Shown here: positions 11,129 to 19,325 of the stretch, one piece after another
How positions within the stretch are numbered: the stretch's first letter is position 1
Layout of the letters: every line of letters starts with the position of its first letter
Notes under the pieces: generated by a model
The model's input: only the letters and a program-made list of their open reading frames with translations
Databases searched by the model: none
What the model was told of the DNA's origin: nothing
NCBI GenBank assembly: GCA_033854115.1
Contig: JAWOKS010000008.1
Location: 9,828-73,827, forward strand
Length of the DNA: 64,000 nucleotides
Reading direction: 5' to 3'
From: Thermoplasmata archaeon
GTDB taxonomy: Archaea; Thermoplasmatota; Thermoplasmata; Lutacidiplasmatales; UBA184
Position numbers and translations under genes: made by a program

Positions 11129-12555
11129 CAGCGGAACCCCCGCTCGAGGATCGAGACGGTCACCGACGAGCCGGTCCCCGCGTGGCTGTGGATCGCGCCG
11201 CGCCGCGGCGACGGGACCTGGAGCGCCGCGTCCCCGAAGTGCTTGCGGATCGTCCCCTGGAGCTGCCAGAAGGCGAAGGCGGCCTGCATGAGACCGGTCG
11301 CCCCGACCGGGTGGCCACACGCGATGAGGCCGCCCGAGGGGTTCACCGGGATCTTGCCGGCCGCGGGCACGTCGAGCCCGTAGTCGATCCCCTTGAGGAA
11401 CGGCGCGCCCGAGAGGGTGAAGTCGTACCCCTCGCCGTAGCGGCAGAGCCCGAGGTCCTCGTAGGTCTGGATCTCGCTCGACGCGTAGGCGTCGTGGAGC
11501 TCGACGAAGTCGAGCTCGCGGATCGGGTCGGTGAGGCCGGCCATGCGGTACGCCTCGAGGCCGGCGGAGCGGCCCGCGCGGAAGGAGTGGACGCCCGGGT
11601 ACTCGAGCCCCCGGTAGTCGGCGGCCTTCTCGTGGGGCATCAGCGGGACCTCGCCGAACGGCCGGTCGGCGAGCCGCATCGTATCGGTCCCGCACCCGAC
11701 CCCGGTGACGCGGACCGGCTTGTCGGTGAACTCACGCGCCCGCCGCTCGTCGCAGAGGATCGCGACCGCGGCGCCGTCGGACATCGTGCATATCTGCTCG
11801 CGCGTGAGCGGGTAGGAGATCATCTCGGAGGCGAGGACGTCCTCGACGGTGAGCCGCTTCGGGTACTGGGCGTAGGGGTTGTGGAGCGCGTTGGTGTGGT
11901 TCTTCACCGAGACCCAGCTCATCACCCGCTGACCTTCCGCGATCGCGAGCCGCTGCGCCTCCCGCTCGTCCTTCACGTTCGCGAACTTGCCCCGGCGAAG
12001 GTACTCGTAGATGTGCCGGACGACCATGAGCGCGTAGTAGCCGGTGTAGAACCCCCCAAGGGGGAAGTCGAAGTTCGTGTCGGAGGCGAGCGCGATGAAC
12101 TCGTTGCCCTTCCACGTCGCGACCCGGCTCATCGTCTCGTAACCGGCGGCCAGGCAGACGTCCATCCGCCCGCTCGCGACCGCCTCGTACGCGGCCTGGA
12201 AGCACTCGCCCCCGGTCGCCCCGCCCCACTCGATGCGGACCGAGCCTTTCGGGTTGAGGCCGAGGTAGTCCTGGACCATGCTCGCGGCCTTCAACTGGCG
12301 CGAGAAGTGGTCGGAGAAGTAGGAGATCCGCGAGCCGTCGATCCGGTCCTTGGTGAGGTTCGGGATCCCGCGGAGCGCGTCGTCGTACGCCCGCTTGACC
12401 ATCAGGCGGAAGTCCATCGCGGGGTGCGCCTTCGCGAACTTCGTGACGCCGGCCGTCACCACGTAGACGCGGCGTCCCGGCAGGGAGGACGGACGCGAGG
12501 AGGCGCGGGTCCGGCGCACGGGGCGGCGCTTCGGGCGGGGCGAACGTGCGGGCAT
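11128..12555 (-). CDS. Thiolase-fold (SCP-x-type) protein lacking both catalytic cysteines
   Basis: VYVVTAGVTKF... has thiolase architecture and keeps NPSGGLIACGHPVGATG. The nucleophile position reads RIEWGGATGG (the in-window paralog has RVENACASGG), and HDCF is replaced by HDAY. The first ~35 aa are Arg-rich; an alternative GTG start lies at 12519. Confidence 0.8.
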   Translation of the reverse strand: MPARSPRPKRRPVRRTRASSRPSSLPGRRVYVVTAGVTKFAKAHPAMDFRLMVKRAYDDALRGIPNLTKDRIDGSRISYFSDHFSRQLKAASMVQDYLGLNPKGSVRIEWGGATGGECFQAAYEAVASGRMDVCLAAGYETMSRVATWKGNEFIALASDTNFDFPLGGFYTGYYALMVVRHIYEYLRRGKFANVKDEREAQRLAIAEGQRVMSWVSVKNHTNALHNPYAQYPKRLTVEDVLASEMISYPLTREQICTMSDGAAVAILCDERRAREFTDKPVRVTGVGCGTDTMRLADRPFGEVPLMPHEKAADYRGLEYPGVHSFRAGRSAGLEAYRMAGLTDPIRELDFVELHDAYASSEIQTYEDLGLCRYGEGYDFTLSGAPFLKGIDYGLDVPAAGKIPVNPSGGLIACGHPVGATGLMQAAFAFWQLQGTIRKHFGDAALQVPSPRRGAIHSHAGTGSSVTVSILERGFR

Positions 12556-12658
12556 AGGTTCGAACCTCGCGCGGCCAGCCGGGCCCGGTTCTTAACGTGC
12601 GCTCGGGGCGAGCGCGCTCGGGGGCGACGGTTTTCCCTCCGCGGCCCTAGCGCGACCG

Positions 12659-13681
12659 ATGGCGCCCGAGGACCCGAAGCGAGATCTCGTCTCGATCGCC
12701 GACGTCGCCGACGCGCTCGGGGGGCTGCTCGACCGCGCGGCCCGCCTGAAGGCCGAACGGGCCCGACGGACGGTGCGCCCGAGCCTCGCCGGCCGGACGC
12801 TCGCCCTGATCTTCGAGAAGCCCTCGACCCGCACCCGGACCTCGTTCGAGGTGGCGATCCACGACCTCGGGGGGCACGCCCTCTATCTCAACGCGAACGA
12901 CCTCCAGCTCGGCCGCGGCGAGACGATCGGCGATACCGCGCGCGTCCTCTCGCGCTACGTCGACGCCATCACCTACCGCGCGTATCGCCACGAGAACGTC
13001 CTCGAGCTCGCGCGCGGGGCGACCGTGCCGGTGATCAATGCGCTGGACGACCGGGAGCATCCGTGCCAGATCGTCGCGGACCTCCTCACGATGCGGGAGC
13101 GCTGGCCGGACGGCTTCCGCGGGCACCGCCTCGCGTGGATCGGGGACGGCAACAACGTCCTCCACTCGCTCCTGCTCGGCGCGGCCGCCGTCGGCCTCGA
13201 CCTCACGGCCGCGACCCCCGAGGCCTACCGCCCCGAGGCCGACGTGGTCCGGGCGGCCCGCGCCCTCGCCGACCGCTCGGGCGCGTCCCTGACGTTCACG
13301 TCGTCCCCGGCCGAGGCCGCGAAAGGGGCCGACGCCCTCTACACGGACGTCTGGGTCTCGATGGGCGACGAGGCGGAGCGGGAGGCGCGTGAGCGCGCGT
13401 TCCGGAGCTACCAGATCAACGCGGAGCTCCTCGGGCGGGCCGCGCCCGGGGCGTTCGTCCTCCACGATCTCCCGGCCCATCGCGGCCAGGAGATCACCGA
13501 CGAAGTGCTGGATGGTCTCCGTTCCGCGGCGTGGGACCAGGCGGAGAACCGCCTGCATGCCCAGAAGGCGATCCTCGAGCATCTCCTCCTCGGGGAGGAG
13601 CCGCGCCCGGCGCGGGTCCACGCGGCGCCCCCGAGGACGGCGGGGCGGACGCGCCGCCCGGCGCACGGCCGGGATTCGTAG
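12659..13681 (+). CDS. argF: Ornithine carbamoyltransferase
   Basis: Motifs FEKPSTRTRTSFE, DDREHPCQIVADL, DVWVSMG and HDLPAHRGQE. There is a ~30-aa Arg/Pro-rich C-terminal tail before the first stop. Confidence 0.9.
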   Translation: MAPEDPKRDLVSIADVADALGGLLDRAARLKAERARRTVRPSLAGRTLALIFEKPSTRTRTSFEVAIHDLGGHALYLNANDLQLGRGETIGDTARVLSRYVDAITYRAYRHENVLELARGATVPVINALDDREHPCQIVADLLTMRERWPDGFRGHRLAWIGDGNNVLHSLLLGAAAVGLDLTAATPEAYRPEADVVRAARALADRSGASLTFTSSPAEAAKGADALYTDVWVSMGDEAEREARERAFRSYQINAELLGRAAPGAFVLHDLPAHRGQEITDEVLDGLRSAAWDQAENRLHAQKAILEHLLLGEEPRPARVHAAPPRTAGRTRRPAHGRDS

Positions 13682-13700
13682 GCGGCGGGCGCGCGCCGGC

Positions 13701-14162
13701 TCAGCGCTCGGCCGCCGCCCCCGTCTCCGGGGTGGCCCGAAGGCGTACCTTGAGCAGGTGCTCGAGCCGGCGGACGAGCTCGTCCGGCGGATGGAACGAG
13801 CCGCTCTCGATCTTGAGGACGACCGACTTCTTCTCGTTGAGGCGCTTTCCGAGCTCCTCCGGCGTCCAGGTGAGCGCCTCGCGGGCGTGCCGCACCCGCT
13901 GACCCCAGTCGGGGGCGAGCTCGAGGTCGCCGATCTCGGCATAGAGGTCCCGCTCCTCGAGACGGCGCGGCCCGGTCGCCGCCCGGGTGGCGGCCGTCGC
14001 CGGGCGCGGCCGGCCCCCAGGGGCCTCCGGAGCCGCCGACGCGGGAGCGGGATCGACCGGGGTCCCGAACTTGGCGCACGCCGGGCAGAGCTGGAGCACG
14101 GACTGTTCGATCCGGACGCGGCTCGTCGTTTCAACCTCGTTTCCGCACATTTCGCAGAGCAT
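13701..14162 (-). CDS. mbf1: Archaeal multiprotein bridging factor 1 (Zn ribbon + cro/C1 HTH)
   Basis: N-terminal CEMCG...CPAC ribbon, a disordered A/P linker, and the C-terminal HTH WGQRVRHAREALTWTPEELGKRLNEKKSVVLKIESG. Confidence 0.85.
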   Translation of the reverse strand: MLCEMCGNEVETTSRVRIEQSVLQLCPACAKFGTPVDPAPASAAPEAPGGRPRPATAATRAATGPRRLEERDLYAEIGDLELAPDWGQRVRHAREALTWTPEELGKRLNEKKSVVLKIESGSFHPPDELVRRLEHLLKVRLRATPETGAAAER

Positions 14163-14171
14163 CGTTCCCTC

Positions 14172-14528
14172 CTAGTGGCCCCTCGACCGGCATCGTTCGC
14201 CCGTCCACCGACCGCCGTCCTCGAACCGACCGTGCTCCTCATCGATCGAGAGCGCGATCGGTGGGACCTCGCGGGGGCGTTCCTTCCCCTCGACGGCGAC
14301 CCTGGTGACGGCGGCCCGAGCGAGCCGGTGGTTGGATCCCCCCGTCGCCGGAGCGGCCCCGACCGCGACCTTGACCTGCATCGACCTCCGTCCCACCCTC
14401 GTCACCCCGACTCGATCTCGGAGAGGATCGCCCCTCCGATTCCCGGCGAAGTTCGTGTCGTTCGGCACCATGAGCCGCGCCACGGAGGCGCGGCTCGCGG
14501 CGACGGTCCCGTGCGACGTATCGGTCAC
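14172..14528 (-). pseudogene. Decayed hotdog-fold acyl-CoA thioesterase (internally deleted and frame-scrambled, still an open 118-aa ORF)
   Basis: Frame 0 has LMVPNDTNFAGN and later VTRVGRRSMQVKVAV...VTRVAVEGKERPREVPP, which are thioesterase hallmarks. The expected GG-AILSEI-D block that follows appears only in the +1 frame (GGAILSEIESG, then a stop). About 45 aa of the core are missing. Confidence 0.4.
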
Positions 14529-14747
14529 GCGGAGCGCCTCGCAGGTAGGGCTGCCCTGCTATCGGCCCGTCCCCCTATAATGGGTTGGTGCGCGCCATGC
14601 GAGGGTCGTCGCGAAAGCGGGGCGGCGACCGGGGTCCGGGCCAGGGTCCGGCGCGTCGTGGGAACGGTCTCCTCACGGATTTCTCGGCGGGCGAGCGCAA
14701 CAAGTGTGATATAGGGGCACCTTTTGGCCGCGCCCGGAGTCCATCGG

Positions 14748-16028
14748 ATGGCGCAGAAGCCCCACCTCAACATCGTCTTCATCGGCCACGTCGATCACGG
14801 CAAGTCCACGACGGTGGGGCGCCTTCTCCTCGACACCGGCTACATCCGCCAGGAGGAGATCGACAAGTACCGCCAGGAGGCGGAAGCGAAGGGCAAGGCG
14901 ACGTTCGAGTTCGCCTGGGTGATGGACGAGCTCAAGGAGGAGCGGGAGCGGGGCGTCACCATCGACATCGCCCACCGCCGCTTTGACACCCAGAAGTACT
15001 ACTTCACCATCATCGACGCGCCCGGCCACCGCGACTTCGTGAAGAACATGATCACGGGGACGAGCCAGGCCGACGCGGCCGTCCTCGTCTGCTCCGCGGC
15101 GGAAGGGATCCAGGAGCAGACCCGCGAGCACATCTTCCTCTCCCGGACGCTCGGGGTGAGCCAGCTGATCTGCGCGGTCAACAAGATGGACCGCCAGGAG
15201 GTCGCCTACTCCGAGGCGAAGTACAACGCGCTCAAGGAGGAGCTCACGAAGCTCCTCAAGAACGTCGGGTTCAAGGTCGACCAGCAGGTCACCTTCGTGC
15301 CGATCTCCGCGTTCAAGGACGACAACATCAACAAGGCGAGCCCGAATATGGCGTGGTTCAAGGGCCCGACCCTGCTCCAGGCGCTGGACGCCCTCAAGGT
15401 CCCCGAGAAGCCGACCGACAAGGCGCTGCGGCTCCCCGTCCAGGACGTCTACACGATCACCGGGATCGGGACCGTGCCCGTCGGGCGCGTCGAGACCGGG
15501 AAGCTCAAGATCGGCGACAAGATCGTCTTCATGCCGAGCGGGAAGTCCGGCGAAGTGAAGTCGATCGAGATGCACCACGAGGCGGTGCCCGAGGCGATCC
15601 CGGGGGACAACATCGGCTTCAACGTCCGCGGGATCGACAAGAACGACATCCGTCGCGGCGATGTCGCGGGCCCCTCCACGAGCCCCCCCACGGTCGTCGA
15701 GAGCTTCGTCGCGAACATCCAGGTCCTCAACCACCCGAGCGTCATCACGGTCGGCTACACCCCGGTCTTCCACTGCCACACGGCGCAGGTCGCCTGCGAG
15801 TTCACCGAGCTCCAGAAGCGGCTCGACCCGAAGACGGGTCAGGTCGCGGAGGAGAACCCCCAGACCTTGAAGACGGGGGACGCGGCGGTCGTAAAGATCA
15901 CGCCGAAGCGCCCGCTCGTGCTGGAGAAGTACAAGGAGTTCCCGCAGCTCGGCCGGTTCGCGGTCCGCGACATGGGCCAGACGGTCGCGGCCGGCGTCGT
16001 CGTCGACGTCAAGAAGCGCGCGGCGTAG
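14748..16028 (+). CDS. tuf: Translation elongation factor EF-1 alpha
   Basis: [33 protein letters not shown]. The track start at 14724 is a TTG; the ATG at 14748 matches the canonical N-terminus. Confidence 0.95.
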   Translation: MAQKPHLNIVFIGHVDHGKSTTVGRLLLDTGYIRQEEIDKYRQEAEAKGKATFEFAWVMDELKEERERGVTIDIAHRRFDTQKYYFTIIDAPGHRDFVKNMITGTSQADAAVLVCSAAEGIQEQTREHIFLSRTLGVSQLICAVNKMDRQEVAYSEAKYNALKEELTKLLKNVGFKVDQQVTFVPISAFKDDNINKASPNMAWFKGPTLLQALDALKVPEKPTDKALRLPVQDVYTITGIGTVPVGRVETGKLKIGDKIVFMPSGKSGEVKSIEMHHEAVPEAIPGDNIGFNVRGIDKNDIRRGDVAGPSTSPPTVVESFVANIQVLNHPSVITVGYTPVFHCHTAQVACEFTELQKRLDPKTGQVAEENPQTLKTGDAAVVKITPKRPLVLEKYKEFPQLGRFAVRDMGQTVAAGVVVDVKKRAA

Positions 16029-16072
16029 ACGCGCGGGCAAGGAACGGACTCGACCTCGGGGAGGGACGCTCG

Positions 16073-16384
16073 ATGCCGCAGAAGGCCCGGATCTCGCTGA
16101 GCGGCACCGACGCCCGGCGCGTCGACTCGATCTGCCGCCAGATCCGCGAGATCTCGCAGAAGACCGGGGTCGCGATCGCCGGCCCGATCCCCCTCCCGAC
16201 GAAGAAGCTCCGCGTCCCGGTCCGCAAGGGCCCGGACGGCGGCGGCACGAGCACGATCGACCACTGGGAGATGCGGATCCACAAGCGCCTGATCGACATC
16301 GACGCCGACGAGCGGGCGCTCCGCCAGGTGATGCGGATCCAGGTCCCGGACGGCGTCAACATCGAGATCGTCCTCACGGGGTAG
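16073..16384 (+). CDS. rps10: 30S ribosomal protein uS10
   Basis: The ATG at 16073 inside track ORF 15353..16384 gives [24 protein letters not shown]...[38 protein letters not shown]. Confidence 0.95.
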   Translation: MPQKARISLSGTDARRVDSICRQIREISQKTGVAIAGPIPLPTKKLRVPVRKGPDGGGTSTIDHWEMRIHKRLIDIDADERALRQVMRIQVPDGVNIEIVLTG

Positions 16385-16385
16385 C

Positions 16386-17018
16386 GTGCTCGCCCCCCGG
16401 GCGGTCCGCTGGCTCGCCCCGGTCGCGGCGGCGTTCGCGCTGGACGTGGGGCTGCTCCTCGCGACCCGGCCGCGCGGCGCCCCCGAGCTCGCGCTGCTCG
16501 GGATCGCGGTCGCGCTCGCCGTCCTTCTCGGCTTCCTCGCGATCTTCTTCCGCGACCCCGAGCGGCCGGTCGGGGACGGGATCGTCTCCGCGGCGGACGG
16601 GGTCGTCCGCGAGGTCGCCACCTCGGAAGGGCGCCTCACGATCTCCGTCTTCCTGGGGGTCACCGACGTCCACGTCAACCGCTGGCCGCTCGACGGGGCG
16701 GTCGAGGCGATCGCCGCCGAAGGCTCCGGGTTCCGGCCCGCGTACCGCGCCGACGCCGCCTCGAACGTGCGGCGCCGCTACCTTCTCCGGACGGAGATCG
16801 GGCCGGTCGAGCTCGTCCAGATCGCGGGGATCGCCGCCCGCCGGCTCGTCTCGTTCGTCGAGGTGGGCAGCTCCGGGAAGAAGGGCGACCGCTTGGGGAT
16901 GATCGTCCTCGGCTCGCGCGTCGACGTGGTGCTGCCCGCGGACCGGGCGATCGCCGCGGTCCGGGTCGGGGAGCGGGTCCGCGGCGCGAGCTCGACGATC
17001 GCGCGAGTGGTGCCGTGA
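16386..17018 (+). CDS. psd: Archaetidylserine/phosphatidylserine decarboxylase proenzyme (short archaeal type)
   Basis: 210 aa with an N-terminal TM segment and the self-cleavage-type region GDRLGMIVLGSRVDVVLP. GTG start 1 nt after the rps10 stop. Confidence 0.75.
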   Translation: MLAPRAVRWLAPVAAAFALDVGLLLATRPRGAPELALLGIAVALAVLLGFLAIFFRDPERPVGDGIVSAADGVVREVATSEGRLTISVFLGVTDVHVNRWPLDGAVEAIAAEGSGFRPAYRADAASNVRRRYLLRTEIGPVELVQIAGIAARRLVSFVEVGSSGKKGDRLGMIVLGSRVDVVLPADRAIAAVRVGERVRGASSTIARVVP

Positions 17019-17764
17019 CCGACCGCTGGCGGGTGGGGGCCAACCTCGCGACCCTCGCGAACGGCCTCCTCGGCGTCGGCGCGATCCTCTACACGCTCGC
17101 GGGCAACAAGCCGTGGGCGATGCTGCTCGTCGTGATGGCGATCGGCTTCGACGGGCTCGACGGTCTCCTCTCCCGCCGGAGCGCGCGGCCGATGGGCCGG
17201 TTCGGCCGGATCGCCGACTCCGTCGCCGACGCGATCTCGTTCGGCATCGCCCCCGCGGTGTTCCTCGCCATCCACACCTCCGACACGGGCCTCTGGGCGC
17301 CGTACGCGCTCGCGACGCTCGCGGTCGCGGTCGTCTACGTCGCGGCCGCGTTCGCCCGCCTCACCTACTTCACGGTCCGGGCGCACGGGCTCCCGTACTT
17401 CCTCGGGGTCCCGACCCCCGAGAGCACGCTCGCGCTCGTCGTGCTGCTCCTCTTCCACGAGACCCCGGCGTTCGCGGGGATCTCCCCCCTCGGGGTCGCC
17501 GTCGGCGCGGCGATCCTTGCGGGGCTGATGGTGGTGCCGATCCCGTACCCGAAGCTCCGGCGCGGCGCTCCGCTCCGGGGCCCGAGCACGGTGACCGCCA
17601 TCTTCGCCGCCCTCTGCCTGGTCCCGTTGCAGTTCCGGCCCGGCCCCTCCACCCCGCTCGGCCTCGTGGTCGAGATCACGGCCTGGGGGATGCTCGCCGG
17701 CGTCATCGTCTACTACGTGATCGGCCCCTTCACGGTCGGGCGGCCGAACGCCGCCCCGGACTGA
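17015..17764 (+). CDS. pssA: CDP-alcohol phosphatidyltransferase (archaetidylserine synthase-like)
   Basis: CDP-alcohol motif DGLDGLLSRRSARPMGRFGRIADSVADAISF (D-G-x2-A-R-x8-G-x3-D-x3-D pattern) in a polytopic protein. GTGA overlap with the psd stop. Confidence 0.8.
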   Translation: MTDRWRVGANLATLANGLLGVGAILYTLAGNKPWAMLLVVMAIGFDGLDGLLSRRSARPMGRFGRIADSVADAISFGIAPAVFLAIHTSDTGLWAPYALATLAVAVVYVAAAFARLTYFTVRAHGLPYFLGVPTPESTLALVVLLLFHETPAFAGISPLGVAVGAAILAGLMVVPIPYPKLRRGAPLRGPSTVTAIFAALCLVPLQFRPGPSTPLGLVVEITAWGMLAGVIVYYVIGPFTVGRPNAAPD

Positions 17765-17766
17765 CG

Positions 17767-18303
17767 ATGGACGGACCGAGCGCTCACCACCCCGCGCGGC
17801 TCGCGCCCCGCGAGGCGCTCCTCTTCGAGGCGGGGATCAAGCTCGGCGGCGTCTTCCACCAGTACCTCGGCACCCCGGTGAGCGCCCGCACGGCGCCGGG
17901 CCTCGCCCGCGCGATCGAGGCGGCGCTCCGCCTCCAGCCGTACGTCGTCCGGGCGCGCGTGCGGCTCGACGTCCGTCGGGGGGGCCCGCTCGGGCGGGGC
18001 CGGTTCGCCTACCGGTACCTGAGCGCGGAGATGCTCGACGTCGTCGTCGAGCTCGAGGACGGACCGTGGTCGGTCCGGGCCCGCCTCGCCCAGCGCGAGG
18101 ACCTTCACTACCCCCTCATGCGCGTCGAGGCGAGGGGCGGGGAGCCCCGGGGAGGGCCTACCCGCGTCCTGCGATCGGCACGTAGGCGAGGTCGGTCGGG
18201 CCGACGTAGTGCGAGGTCGGCCGGATCAGCCTCAGGTCGTCGTACTCCTCGAGCACGTGGGCGGTCCAGCCGACCACGCGGCTCGCGGCGAAGACCGGCG
18301 TGA
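17767..18303 (+). CDS. mptD: Archaeal-type dihydroneopterin aldolase (MptD family) with a ~55-aa Arg-rich tail
   Basis: The ATG at 17767 gives ...LLFEAGIKLGGVFHQYLGTPVS...YLSAEMLDVVVELEDG...LHYPLMRVE, which matches the MptD pattern. There is no in-frame stop until 18303, so the reading frame runs 146 nt into the convergent citrate synthase gene. Confidence 0.7.
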   Translation: MDGPSAHHPARLAPREALLFEAGIKLGGVFHQYLGTPVSARTAPGLARAIEAALRLQPYVVRARVRLDVRRGGPLGRGRFAYRYLSAEMLDVVVELEDGPWSVRARLAQREDLHYPLMRVEARGGEPRGGPTRVLRSARRRGRSGRRSARSAGSASGRRTPRARGRSSRPRGSRRRPA

Positions 18304-19291
18304 ACAGGTCGTGCGGGATCCCGAGCAGGGTGTAGACCGCGCCCGAGTAGAGGTCGACGTTGGGGTAGAGCCCCTTCTCGCGGTGGACGACCTCGACGAC
18401 CTTCTCGAGGAGGTCGAAGTACCGGAGGTTCTGCTTCGCCTCCCCGACCTGGCGCGCGAGCTGGCGGAGGATCGTCGCGCGGGGGTCCTCGACCTTGTAG
18501 ACCCGGTGGCCGAACCCCATGATCCGCTCGTGACGCGCGAGCTTCCCCTTCACGACCTCCTCGACGCGGTCGAGGGTGCCGATCTCGTCGAGGAGCTCCA
18601 TCACGCGCTCGTTCGCGCCCCCGTGGAGGGGTCCCTTCAAGGTGCCGATGGCGCTCGTGATCGCGCTGTAGAGGTCGCTCAGCGTCGACGCGGTGACGCG
18701 GGCCGCGAACGTCGAGGCGTTGAGCTCGTGGTCGGCGTGCAGAATGAGCGCGACGTCGATCGCGCGTTCCTCGAGCTCCGTCGGAGCGCGGTCGAGGAGC
18801 GCGTGAACGAGGTAGGCGGCGTGGGAGCTCCCGGGGCGGGGCGTGAGCGGCGGGAGGTGCGCGCGCCGGCGGTGGTAGACGCCGAGGATCGTCGGCAGGA
18901 CGGCCGTGAGGCGCTGGGCCCCGCCGATCGAGCTCGGCCCGGGCCGGGTCTCCGCCGGCTCGAGGACGGCGAGCATGCTCACGGCGGTCCGGAGCATGTC
19001 CATCGGGTTCGCGTTCGCTGGTAGGCGCGCGAGCTCGGTCGCGAGCGGCTCGGGCAGGGCCCGGAGCTCCTCGAGCCGGCGGCGGAGCTCGGTGAGCTGG
19101 GCCACGTTCGGGAGCCGGCCGTACCAGAGTAGGTAGGCGACCTCCTCGAACGTCGCGTGGGCGGCGAGGTCCCGGATGTCGTAGCCGCGGTAGATGAGCC
19201 GGCCCTGCCGCCCGTCGATGAAGCAGATCCGGGACTCGAGCGCGACGACGTCCTCGAGGCCCCGCTGGACTTCGCTCGGCAACGGACTCAC
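18158..19291 (-). CDS. gltA: Citrate synthase
   Basis: 377 aa with the signature MGFGHRVYKVEDPRA and GPLHGGANE. Confidence 0.93.
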   Translation of the reverse strand: MSPLPSEVQRGLEDVVALESRICFIDGRQGRLIYRGYDIRDLAAHATFEEVAYLLWYGRLPNVAQLTELRRRLEELRALPEPLATELARLPANANPMDMLRTAVSMLAVLEPAETRPGPSSIGGAQRLTAVLPTILGVYHRRRAHLPPLTPRPGSSHAAYLVHALLDRAPTELEERAIDVALILHADHELNASTFAARVTASTLSDLYSAITSAIGTLKGPLHGGANERVMELLDEIGTLDRVEEVVKGKLARHERIMGFGHRVYKVEDPRATILRQLARQVGEAKQNLRYFDLLEKVVEVVHREKGLYPNVDLYSGAVYTLLGIPHDLFTPVFAASRVVGWTAHVLEEYDDLRLIRPTSHYVGPTDLAYVPIAGRG

Positions 19292-19325
19292 CAGGAGTTG
19301 GCCGGCCGCCCCACCGTCGGCGGAC

